From NCBI GenBank assembly GCA_951406725.2, contig OX597831.1:33914001-33978000 (forward strand): a stretch of 64,000 bases of DNA, in the 5' to 3' direction. This DNA comes from Octopus vulgaris (taxonomy: Eukaryota). A program made the translations under genes and the position numbers. Below the pieces are notes generated by a model that had not been told where the DNA came from, did no database searches, and was given only the letters and a program-made list of their open reading frames with translations. Shown here in pieces: positions 28,698-40,854 of this stretch (position 1 is its first letter; every line of letters begins with the position of its first letter).

Positions 28698-29093
28698 TTT
28701 TACTTGTTTCAGTCATTTGACTGCGGCCATGCTGGAGCACCGCCTTTAATCAAGCAGATCGACCCCGGGACTTATTCTTTGTAAGCCCAGTACTTATTCT
28801 ATCGGTCTCTTTTTGCCGAACCGTTAAGTGACGGAGACATAAACACACCAGCATTGGTTGTCAAGCAATGCTAGGGGGACAAACACAGACACAGAAACAT
28901 ACACACACACATACATATATATATACATACGACAGGCTTCTTTCAGTTTCCGTCTACCAAATCCACTCACAAGGCATTGGTCGGCCCGGGGCTATAGCAG
29001 AAGACACTTGCCCAAGATGCCACGCAGTGGGACTGAACCTGGAACCATGTGGTTGGTAAGCAAGCTACTTACCACAGAGCCACTCCTGCGCCT
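28698..29093 (-). mobile_element. SINE family B, near full length
   Basis: Reverse-complement match to 12671-13103. Confidence 0.85.
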
Positions 29094-29222
29094 ACATATA
29101 TATTTATTTGAACATATGCATATCTTTACCTACTTACCTCCATCCCTCCCTGCATCCCTTTCTCCCTCCCTCCCTATCTATCTACTTACCTACCTACCTA
29201 CATGTCTGTCGGTCTGTCTGTG

Positions 29223-29407
<185 letters not shown>

Positions 29408-29424
29408 TTCTGTCTGTCTGTCTT

Positions 29425-29506
<82 letters not shown>

Positions 29507-29534
29507 TATATATCACTTAATACATACGCAAACA

Positions 29535-30570
29535 CACGAAGGTTGTGCTGAAAGTAATGCAAAATTGAACACAACTTTTTATTAGCTAGCATAAATTGCT
29601 AAAATTAGCTATGTTGGTAGAGTAGCTGTGGCTCTCTAAGAACGCCTCTTCCTGTTTTTCATAGCAGAAAAATAACGGTTTCCAAGCAGAAATAAATTAC
29701 TTTCATTAAGTTCTCAACGAAGAAGGGGCACAGACTGTGCAGCCCACGCAGAAGACGACATGCTGTTTATGGTGATAAGACTATTAGCGGAAAGAATGTG
29801 TACAGACGGACGAAGGGTTTTAAAGAAAGCAAAACAGCTTCGAAGATGAATCACGTATTGGGAACCCATCAGCAGTGCCCACCGTCACGAATCAAGAACG
29901 AGTAACTACGAGCGAATAAAACCCTCACTTACGAGTCACAATCCGTGACCTTGTTGCAGAACTGGACTGTGGCCACAGTAAATTATAGAACACTGTTGAA
30001 GACTTCGGGTATCAGGAAGTGTGTGTGAAAAGTGGGTATCTCGGCCGCTGACACCGGATATGAAGAAGAGAAAGGCAGAAATCAACGCTGATAAACTAGA
30101 AGCGTTTGAAACAAATGGAATATTTTGGGGGTGGTTTGCTCTTTGGTGACAAGGATGAAATGAAGGCATATCTTTATGATCCGGAAACGAAGACGGTCCA
30201 TGAGATGGTGTCACACTTTTCTATAAGGCCTTAGAAGTTAAAGAGCCAGTGATTAGCCCAGAAAGTCATGGCGTTCGTTATTTGGGACTGACAAGAGCGT
30301 CAGCATAATATAATTTGATTTTTCTGGAACATGGTTGTACCATGAGCAGTGAGGGATAAACTGAGTCAATAAAAAACATCATAGGAAACCCATAAGAAGG
30401 AAGAAACCAAACAAAAATCTGAAAACGATCTACATTCTCTATGACAATGCGAAATCAAGTACACATATTTGGTTACAAATCAGACCATCGACAAGCGGAG
30501 ATGGTCAGAGATTCCGCTATCCTTCGTATAACACGTATTTGGCGTTCTCCGACTTCCATCTGTACAGCCT
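29535..30570 (+). pseudogene. Decayed mariner (Tc1/mariner) DNA transposon
   Basis: TIR-like start cacgaaggttgtgctgaaagt. Degenerate motifs in the expected order: WVSRPLT (~WVPREL, 30033), DE..YDPETK (30145-30192), KVM..V.WD, LYDNA (~HDNA, 30437), and a YSPDLAPSDFHL-like stretch (30516-30562). No right TIR seen. Confidence 0.8.
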
Positions 30571-30697
30571 TCTCCCAGTCTAGCGGTCATTCCAGATATT
30601 CTATTGGCTCAGGGATGAATGGGAGAAGTGAAAAAAAACGTGTATATCAACTCTGTATTAGGTTCACTTTTAAAGCAATTAGTGAGAGCATGGCATA

Positions 30698-30926
30698 AAG
30701 CGAGCTGGCAGAAACGTTAGCACGCCGGGCGAAATGCTTAGCGGTATTTCGTCTGCCGTTACGTTCTGAGTTCAAATTCCGCCGAGATCGACTTTGCCTT
30801 TCATCCTTTCGGGGTCGATAAATTAAGTTCCAGTTACGCACTGGGGTCGATGTAATCGACTTAATACCTATGTCTGTCCTTGTTTGTCCCCTCTATGTTT
30901 AGCTCCTTGTGGGTAATAAAGAAACA
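30698..30926 (+). mobile_element. SINE family A monomer
   Basis: gcgagctggcagaaacgttagcacgccgggcg...taaagaaac. Confidence 0.85.
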
Positions 30927-31971
30927 GGCATAGGCCACAAAGCCACACTCACTTGCTTGTAACGACTGAAAACGCATACCTATGTGTTCATATGTTCTGC
31001 ATGTTTTGTATTTAACACTTCGGGGAGATTCTTCAATATTGTACTTGAGTAGGTGTGAAAAATTAGCATATTAAAATAAGCTAAATAATTCACGGCAGTT
31101 AATTGCCAAGATAATTATTCTAATTTTGTATTTTATGCTTAGCTGTTGAGTGTTTATATTTACATTGTATACTCTTTCTTTTTTATTTAATTCTTGTTGT
31201 TTGTTTGGTTTTTCATGAAAGAAAACTCTAAAGATTCTCTTCGTTATCTGTTTTATTGAATATTATTTTTGTTTGTATTATCATTTTAAACAGTATCACG
31301 CAATTAAAGTATTTAATAAATTTGCATAGTAATGATTTTCGTGTTAATGTTAAACCATGATTATCTATAATTAATTTCCCAGCCTTTCTAGGTAAAAATA
31401 AAACCAACCAAACAACAACAAACGAATAAAACAACATACTGCAAACAATAAGACAAAAACAAAACAAATACCAATGTTGATTTTTATCGCCGACTTTCAT
31501 AACATTGCGCTCTACGATGCACCATATTTGATTTATAGGAAATATAAATAAATTTATTAATTACAAGAAGTAATCTTTATTATTTGCTTAATAGTTTAAA
31601 ACAAATAATACTACATGGCAGAAAGATTTTTAAAATGTTCAGATCATCAAAAATGTCAAACGATTTTGTAAATCATTTCAGTCGGCCACCTCTTGATCTG
31701 TGAAAACATAAATATGCTAACAAATAATTCTTGTGAATCCCCAGTAGATGGTTTAACATGACTGGCTTCGTAAGGATGACACGAGGGATACTGAGATAGT
31801 GGAGCATTGGGATACAGGAAAACAAGGATACTGGAGTAGATGGATAAATCAAAAGGTCTTTGTTTATTTTTACATTTTTATTTAATGGTTGGATAGCATT
31901 ACACGTATCTTTCCTCCTCTCCCTCTCAATATATATATATATATAGATATATACATAGGTTTGTTTGTGTA

Positions 31972-32005
<34 letters not shown>

Positions 32006-32014
32006 CGCATATAT

Positions 32015-32058
<44 letters not shown>

Positions 32059-32179
32059 GTATACATTTAGATATATATATATGTGTGTATATATATATAC
32101 ATATACACACATATAGTTACATTGGATCGATAAAAAGAAAATCAACAACCGTTATCCGATACGTACATCTCACTCTCTC

Positions 32180-32239
<60 letters not shown>

Positions 32240-32403
32240 TATCTTATCTTATCTACCTATGTATGAATTTATACATACACCACTGCCTAGTGTAATGACG
32301 ATTCTGTCAGCTCGCCGCCTTAAAAATATCAATAATATTATTCTTTACTACTCCAGGCACAAGGCCCGAAATTTTTTAGGGAGGGGGCCAGTCGATTAGA
32401 TCG

Positions 32404-33824
<1,421 letters not shown>

Positions 33825-33943
33825 GTATACAAGCATGCGCGAACACACATATAATATATGAATTTTACACTAGTATTATGTATTGAGTACACTAATTTGA
33901 AAATTGTAGATATCGATCAACGAAATATAAGAAAGGTATTACA

Positions 33944-33979
<36 letters not shown>

Positions 33980-35043
33980 ATACATACACTCATACACATA
34001 CATACTTACACGCGCAGACTCACATAAAAACAGACATGCACACACACATATGTACACACACACTGTCATAGACACACACGCATGCACAACCACAAACATG
34101 TTCTTTCAGTAAATAAAATGCTGCGTTAAACAGATGGTAAACAATTTTACTTTTTCTTTGAAAGTTCTATTCCCAAACCCTTCAACGTAACTTTCCGAGT
34201 GAGAAATCTTGCAGATTTGTTGGTTTTTTTTCTTCCTGTTACTAATTAAGAAACGATGTTAGACTTGCAGAAAATAAATACCTGTTGTTATGTGTTTCGT
34301 TCTGAGCTGCAAACAGATCTCAGCTGAACGTTTGGAAATAATAAGGCAAGATAATTAATCGGAAAACAAATATACGCACAGTGAGAAAAGGCAGAATTTT
34401 TCTTTCACAAGAAAACAAAATTCTATTTGGATTTTCGAAAAACAAAATGGACGACAGCGAAAAAGGGTAAATTAATTTTAATTATATTACGCTTAGGAAG
34501 GAAAGAAGGCTTCGCTCTAAAATGTATGACATGACTTGGCACTTTTCTTTAAGTACTATTTTTATATATTCATTTAATTTTTATTAGTCTTTCAACAAAG
34601 TCTTACTGTTGTTCTTAAATTCTTCGACTTGTAAAGTTTTTCGTTGTTATTCTTTCCTATTTTTTCCACTTTGTTTTCGATTTCTTTCCCTTCTTATCCC
34701 AATACGATTCGCTTAACAAATAACAAGTTTTCCTACATAATACAATTTCCATAGGAATTAATAATTTTCTTTTTTCCTTTTTCTTTCTTTTTTTTTTTTT
34801 CTTCTTCGTGTTTTCAAAAAATATTATTCCTGAAAGCAAAATGAGTATCAAGATCTTTTAAGTAATAGTTTTGAAAAATTATCCAAACGTCACAGACATA
34901 CACACACACGCACACATACACACACTGATGTATATGCATGTGCGTGTATATCTGTATATATGTTATGCATATATCTGCATATGTATCTATACATATATAG
35001 GTGTGTGTGTGTTTGTGTGTAGAGAAGGAGAAAGAGAGAGAGT

Positions 35044-35077
<34 letters not shown>

Positions 35078-35239
35078 GAGTGTTATTAAAGAAGAATAAA
35101 ATAATTAAAAACATGCTGAGAGAAACTTTGAAAAGTACAAAGAGTACAGGTGATGTTTATAATGAGATATAATACGGTGTGTGTATGTGTGTATATATAT
35201 ATGAGTGTGTGTGTGAGTGTGAGCATGTATGTATGTGTC

Positions 35240-35273
<34 letters not shown>

Positions 35274-35462
35274 TGTATGAGTGCGTGTATGTGTGTATGA
35301 GTGTGTGTGTGTGTGTGAGTGTGTGTGTGTGGTTGTTGTTTTCTCCCAATGAATCTGATTGATTTACTCATTTAATAAAATGCTGAATTATTTCTTCTAC
35401 TTTCGGGCGAGCCGCACACTTGTTTATTAAAGCTTGTTTACTCATCATTATTGGATTAACGG

Positions 35463-35527
35463 CAACAACAACTGCAACAACAACAACAACAACAAAAACA
35501 ATAATGATGATGATGATGATGATGATG

Positions 35528-35570
<43 letters not shown>

Positions 35571-35643
35571 CGATAATAGTAATAATAATAATAATAATGA
35601 TGATTATGATAATAATAATAATAACGATATAATAATAATAATG

Positions 35644-35691
<48 letters not shown>

Positions 35692-35694
35692 GCG

Positions 35695-35765
<71 letters not shown>
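35463..35765. repeat. Compound (CAA)/(GAT)/(TAA)n trinucleotide repeat
   Basis: Direct reading. Confidence 0.95.
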
Positions 35766-36408
35766 TACCTTTTATTGTAACAACACAATTAAATGCACGA
35801 TAAAAAGTTATGGAATTAAGCACCTACTACTATATACATACAACTGAATTCAGAAATTTAAAAATATATACATAACATTGAACTCAGAAAGTTATTTAAA
35901 AAAAGAAAAAAAATCTTCGACGAAAACATCAGATAATATGTGTGAGTGAATATACATATATATACATATACATATGCATGTGGTGAAGAAGAAAAGAGAA
36001 AGGAAAAAAAAAAAATAATAAATAAATAAATAAATAAACGTAAACAGGTTTGACCTTTTACTGACCATTAACGTCCTTTGTCTCCATCTACCGTGGCTAT
36101 TTATAGACCCAAAGAACATGAATTCTTTAACCACCCATTCTCCAACACAATGGAGTGCTGATGGTGGCTGTGGCTACACATAAAACAATGTCATTGAAGA
36201 TGATGATGGTGATGGTGATGTTGCTGATGATGGTGATGGTGGTGAAGATGATAGTAATAACAATAATAACTGACAGATCCCGTCTTTTTCCCTTTCTTTT
36301 CGTTTCCTTCTCCGTATTTTATTCTCATTATTTCGAACTAATACAGACACAGTAAGCCTTGAAGAAAGGAGAGGAGGAAAGGAAAAAAAAAAAAAAAAAA
36401 AAAAAAAA

Positions 36409-38724
36409 ATGTCCGGAGATAAAACTATCAACAAAAAAAATACAGACGAATATAGATCTGCTAGTCTTAAGAAGCGGCGCTATGAGCAATGCTTACACGT
36501 AGTGAACCCTAAACTGACAGATCCATCTCCTAATATAAGAATGGATGCTCGTCATGCTTCAAGGTCAACAAATCAAACAATAAACCGCATTGGTCATTGC
36601 GCGGATTACAAAAGACCACGTACCCGAAAATTGAACCAAATCCTGATTGAAAAATCAGTTACTGGATCAAATCTTCCCAACACACAGGAGCTGGACGAAC
36701 CCCACAACCGGAATATTCCAACAGATGGCCATCCATGCTCATCACCAAATAATCAAAAGAAAAAGAAGGAAAAATGGTCTAGGGAAGATAATAAAGAAGT
36801 TCTTGAGGCCTTCTACCATGCCATATATTTCCCCACAGATAAGTCTAGCACTGTACAAGCATACTTAAACTGGAGACAGAAACACCCTGAAGTAAGACCC
36901 TACATAGACAGTAACAAGCTTGCCAATGTTAGAAGAAACATTATAAAAAAGAAATTACTGACTGAAGTAGAGATTGATCAGGTTAGACAAGCAATATCGG
37001 ATAAAATGAACGAAGCTGCAGCTAGAGAAGATAATACAGAGGAAATGATTATAGACCAGCCCAGGGCGGATAAAAACGAAGAGAGGATTGAAAGAGTTAG
37101 TATAAGGGATAGGCAAAGTGAAATACGCCCTGAACCAATCATAAACACTAAGACAGATGAGCATCAAATAGATAAAGAAAGTCACACAAATATTGACCCA
37201 ACAGAACTACATGAGCTAAAAAATCAAATCATGATTGAATGGCTGAAAATTAAAGAAACCAGCATGGATGAGCGTGATACACTTCCTAAAATCCGCAACT
37301 CTAACCAAAACATGAAAATAATTGGTAAAATCCGGCTTGCACTTAAGGATATAATTTCAGTTAATGATGTTGATATCACAAACCTCAACCACCTATACTA
37401 TGCATCCGCGAAAATCTCAACGATCCTATGTGGTGTAAAGATTAGAAAACGGCAACAGTCCCACAAAAAGCCTTCTTGGCAAGAGCGTCTGCAACAACAA
37501 ATTAAAATATTTAGATCTGACATTGAATATTTGAAAAACCTTAAGGCTCACAAGATTACCAAACCTACAAAAACCCAAAAATTACTGAAAAAATACAATA
37601 TGAAAACTATACTTGATATTGATGCCACCATAGAAACCATCAAACAAAAGGTATCTGCCAAAGCTGCCCGCATAGCGAGGTATGAAAAGCGTGTTAGATT
37701 TTTCAAGGACAACAACATGTTCAAAAATAACACCAAGAATTTTTACCGGAAAATAGGAAAAACAGCGTTTACTGCAGGGTCTGTACCATCAAAAGAAGAA
37801 GTGCAGAGATTTTGGAATAAAATCTGGGCAGAAGAAAAAACACACAACGAAAAGGCCCCCTGGATTGACAGAATATCTACAGAACTGGACCCCTTAGAAG
37901 AGCAAAAGTGGGAGGGTGTCAAGGTAGAAGATATAAGATCTGCTCTCAGGAGGTCAAGCAAATGGAAGTCTCCAGGAAAGGATAAAATTCCTAACTTCTG
38001 GCTGAATGCCTTCCCAGAGAGCCATGAACTGCTAACAGAACTGTACAATGATGTTTTGCAACACCCTAGTAGGATGCCTCCTTGGCTAGTTAATGGGTTA
38101 ACATTCCTGCTTCCAAAAAGTGAAGAAACAAATGAACCAAAAAACTATAGACCCATAACCTGCTTAACAACTATGTACAAAACACTAACATCTGTCCTGA
38201 CGGAATATACCTATAGTTTTTTAACAGACAGCAGCATATTCCCTAATGAACAGAAAGGATGTAAACGTGGATCCTACGGCTGTAAAGACCAACTACTCAT
38301 CAATAAGATGATCTTAGAAGATTGTCACAAACGACACAAGAACTTATCAATAGCCTGGATAGACTATAAAAAGGCTTTTGATAGCCTACCACATAGCTGG
38401 ATTAGAAAATGCCTTGAAATGTATAAGATAGCACCAACTCTGCGAAACTTCTTGACTGTAAGTATGAGATCATGGAGAACCACACTAACTCTGAACAGTG
38501 ACAGTGAATTCCTAAATGCTGGTGATGTAAAAATTTCGTGTGGCATTTTCCAGGGTGACTCACTGTCACCACTCCTCTTTTGTTTATCCTTAATACCTCT
38601 CTCAAAGCTGCTCAATGACGCGCAGTACGGGTATAAAATGTTTGATAAAAATATAAATCATCTCGTTTACATGGATGATTTAAAGCTTTTGCAAAAAATG
38701 ATCAACAACTCAAGGGCTTACTAG
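36409..38724 (+). CDS. Retrotransposon polyprotein, N-terminal part with reverse transcriptase up to YMDD (frameshift at ~38687-38690)
   Basis: RT motifs WKSPGKDKI, PKNYRPITCL, EQKGC, WIDYKKAFDSLPH, GIFQGDSLSPLLF, YMDDLKL. N-terminal KWSREDNK..LANVRRNI resembles R4/Dong N-termini. The true start may be Met at 36541. Confidence 0.9.
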   Translation: MSGDKTINKKNTDEYRSASLKKRRYEQCLHVVNPKLTDPSPNIRMDARHASRSTNQTINRIGHCADYKRPRTRKLNQILIEKSVTGSNLPNTQELDEPHNRNIPTDGHPCSSPNNQKKKKEKWSREDNKEVLEAFYHAIYFPTDKSSTVQAYLNWRQKHPEVRPYIDSNKLANVRRNIIKKKLLTEVEIDQVRQAISDKMNEAAAREDNTEEMIIDQPRADKNEERIERVSIRDRQSEIRPEPIINTKTDEHQIDKESHTNIDPTELHELKNQIMIEWLKIKETSMDERDTLPKIRNSNQNMKIIGKIRLALKDIISVNDVDITNLNHLYYASAKISTILCGVKIRKRQQSHKKPSWQERLQQQIKIFRSDIEYLKNLKAHKITKPTKTQKLLKKYNMKTILDIDATIETIKQKVSAKAARIARYEKRVRFFKDNNMFKNNTKNFYRKIGKTAFTAGSVPSKEEVQRFWNKIWAEEKTHNEKAPWIDRISTELDPLEEQKWEGVKVEDIRSALRRSSKWKSPGKDKIPNFWLNAFPESHELLTELYNDVLQHPSRMPPWLVNGLTFLLPKSEETNEPKNYRPITCLTTMYKTLTSVLTEYTYSFLTDSSIFPNEQKGCKRGSYGCKDQLLINKMILEDCHKRHKNLSIAWIDYKKAFDSLPHSWIRKCLEMYKIAPTLRNFLTVSMRSWRTTLTLNSDSEFLNAGDVKISCGIFQGDSLSPLLFCLSLIPLSKLLNDAQYGYKMFDKNINHLVYMDDLKLLQKMINNSRAY

Positions 38725-38756
38725 CGATAGTCAAACAATTCAGTGACGACATCAGA

Positions 38757-40220
38757 ATGCAATTCGGCCTCGATAAATGTGCAAAGGCTACCTTTATCAA
38801 AGGAAAAATGACAGAAACATCTAACGTTAACCTTGACCAACAGAATGTCATAAAAGAACTAGACCCAGCGGAGAGCTACAAGTACCTAGGGATAATTGAA
38901 GGGAACGGAATAAGGCATTCAGAGATGAAGGAAAGGATCAGGAGAGAATGCTATCGAAGAGTGAGAGCAATACTCAAGACAGAGCTGAATGCAAGAAACA
39001 GGATCGAAGCAATCAATGCATTAGCTATACCAGTCGTGACTTACAGTTTCAATATTGTTAACTGGTCAATTACTGAAATATGTCAGCTCGACAGAAAAAT
39101 AAGGAAACTGTTGACAATGCATAGAATGCACCACCCTAAGGCAGATACAGAACGACTCTATCTGCCAAGAAAAGAGGGAGGCCGTGGTCTTTTGCAACTG
39201 GCAATAACAATGAAGATTGCTACAATTGGCCTAGACACCTACCTGAAAAACTCTGAGGACTGGATGCTAAAACTTGTCTCAAAACATGAAAACAAGAAAG
39301 CATCATACTCAGTCACAAAACAGGCAAAGGAATATCTAAGTGAATTCCGAATACAACCAATTTCGGAGATAGATATACAAGAAACAAGCACAGAAAAAGC
39401 TAGGCGCATGAAAACCCGTGCCAAAACTGCGGCCTTAGATATTCTGAATAATAAATGGCAAGAAAAACCTCTCTATGGCAAATACCCAAAGAGAGCGAAT
39501 AATGCAGATATCGACAAAGCCCTGACCCATCAATGGCTAATGGCCTCTGGCTTAAAATCTGAAACAGAGGGGTTTATCATAGCAGCTCAAGATCAATGCC
39601 TACCAACAAGAAACTACCAGGCCAACATATTAAAGATCAGAAGCAGTCCAACGTGTCGTGTATGCAAGCAACAAAATGAAACCATTGACCATGTGGTCTC
39701 CAAGTGCAGTCTTCTAGCGCCTACAGAGTATCTCAACAGGCACGATAGAGCTGCACAATATATTCACTGGGTAATCTGTAAAAACCTGGATTTGCCCCAT
39801 GAAAAAAACTGGTGGGAACACAAACCACCCCCAGTGCTTGAAAATGACCACATCTCACTCCTCTGGAACTTCACCATTCAAACTGACAGGAAGATAGATG
39901 CAAATAGGCCAGACATCATATTGAAAAACTTCAAACAAAGAACATGCCTCCTCATTGATATGACTGTCCCAATCGATATAAACGTATCTGTCAAGACCTA
40001 CCAAAAACTGAGCAAATATAAAGATCTTGAAATAGAAATCAGCAAAATGTGGAAGCTGAAGACTAAAACAATACCTGTTGTCATAGGTGCCCTGGGAATG
40101 ATAGCAAAAGGGGCTGATAGCTACCTAACTCAGATACCAGGAAACCCAAAAATGGCAGAAGTTCAAAAGATAGTGCTCATGGGAACTGCTCATATCCTAC
40201 GCAAAATACTCTCTATGTAA
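38757..40220 (+). CDS. Retrotransposon polyprotein, C-terminal part: RT thumb, CCHC zinc knuckle, restriction-like endonuclease
   Basis: FGLDKC, YKYLGI, LYLPRKEGGRGL, AAQDQ, CRVC..ETIDHVVSKC, RHD, RPDII..LIDMTVP..KLSKYKDL (PD-(D/E)xK type). It continues the upstream ORF in the -1 frame. Confidence 0.92.
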   Translation: MQFGLDKCAKATFIKGKMTETSNVNLDQQNVIKELDPAESYKYLGIIEGNGIRHSEMKERIRRECYRRVRAILKTELNARNRIEAINALAIPVVTYSFNIVNWSITEICQLDRKIRKLLTMHRMHHPKADTERLYLPRKEGGRGLLQLAITMKIATIGLDTYLKNSEDWMLKLVSKHENKKASYSVTKQAKEYLSEFRIQPISEIDIQETSTEKARRMKTRAKTAALDILNNKWQEKPLYGKYPKRANNADIDKALTHQWLMASGLKSETEGFIIAAQDQCLPTRNYQANILKIRSSPTCRVCKQQNETIDHVVSKCSLLAPTEYLNRHDRAAQYIHWVICKNLDLPHEKNWWEHKPPPVLENDHISLLWNFTIQTDRKIDANRPDIILKNFKQRTCLLIDMTVPIDINVSVKTYQKLSKYKDLEIEISKMWKLKTKTIPVVIGALGMIAKGADSYLTQIPGNPKMAEVQKIVLMGTAHILRKILSM

Positions 40221-40463
40221 TCTCAAGGTTTAAAACAAACATAATTTTCGGTTTAAAAAAAAAAAAAAAAAAAAACCTTTTTTTTTTCTTTTTAGACATT
40301 CATTAGTACAACATCCCCACCCCCCAAATATATGGCACACTAGGCATAACAACAACATGAACTTCCAACCCTGTTGTCTCTTGAGGTCTCTGGGTGAGAC
40401 TTGGAGCCAACTTGTACAAATATAAAGCAAAAGTCAAACATAGAATAATAATAATAATAATAA

Positions 40464-40669
40464 CAACAACTGAAGAGGTCACCCAGGCACTGCAAAGACT
40501 AAGCAACTGGAAGGCACCTGGACATGACAAGATCCCCAACTTCTGGTTGAAATATCTAACAGGAATGCACAAAAAGCTAGCTGAAAACTTTAACAACAGC
40601 ACATACCCAAGGCACACAGAGCTGCGCTCGGTAGTGAAGTGAAAGCACGCTATAAAAATAAAACTACTG
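40464..40669 (+). mobile_element. 206-bp Dong family-2 mini-unit (135 bp identical to 40852-40986 plus 71-bp 3' end)
   Basis: Direct comparison: 40464-40598 equals 40852-40986; 40599-40669 matches 43215-43285 with 2 substitutions. Flanked on both sides by (TAA)n. Confidence 0.9.
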
Positions 40670-40691
40670 AATAATAATAATAATAATAATG

Positions 40692-40731
<40 letters not shown>

Positions 40732-40790
40732 CGATAATAATAATAATAACGATAATAATAATAATGATAATAATAATAATGTTAATAATG

Positions 40791-40851
<61 letters not shown>

Positions 40852-40854
<3 letters not shown>

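Larger units (their letters stand above)
36270..40443 (+). mobile_element. Near full-length R4/Dong-clade RLE non-LTR retrotransposon (family 1)
   Basis: One long RT-zinc knuckle-RLE coding region. It begins after a short (TAA)-like run (36255-36269); the ~220-bp 3' UTR ends ...aagtcaaacatag directly into (AAT)n at 40444. The 5' boundary is approximate. Confidence 0.92.
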
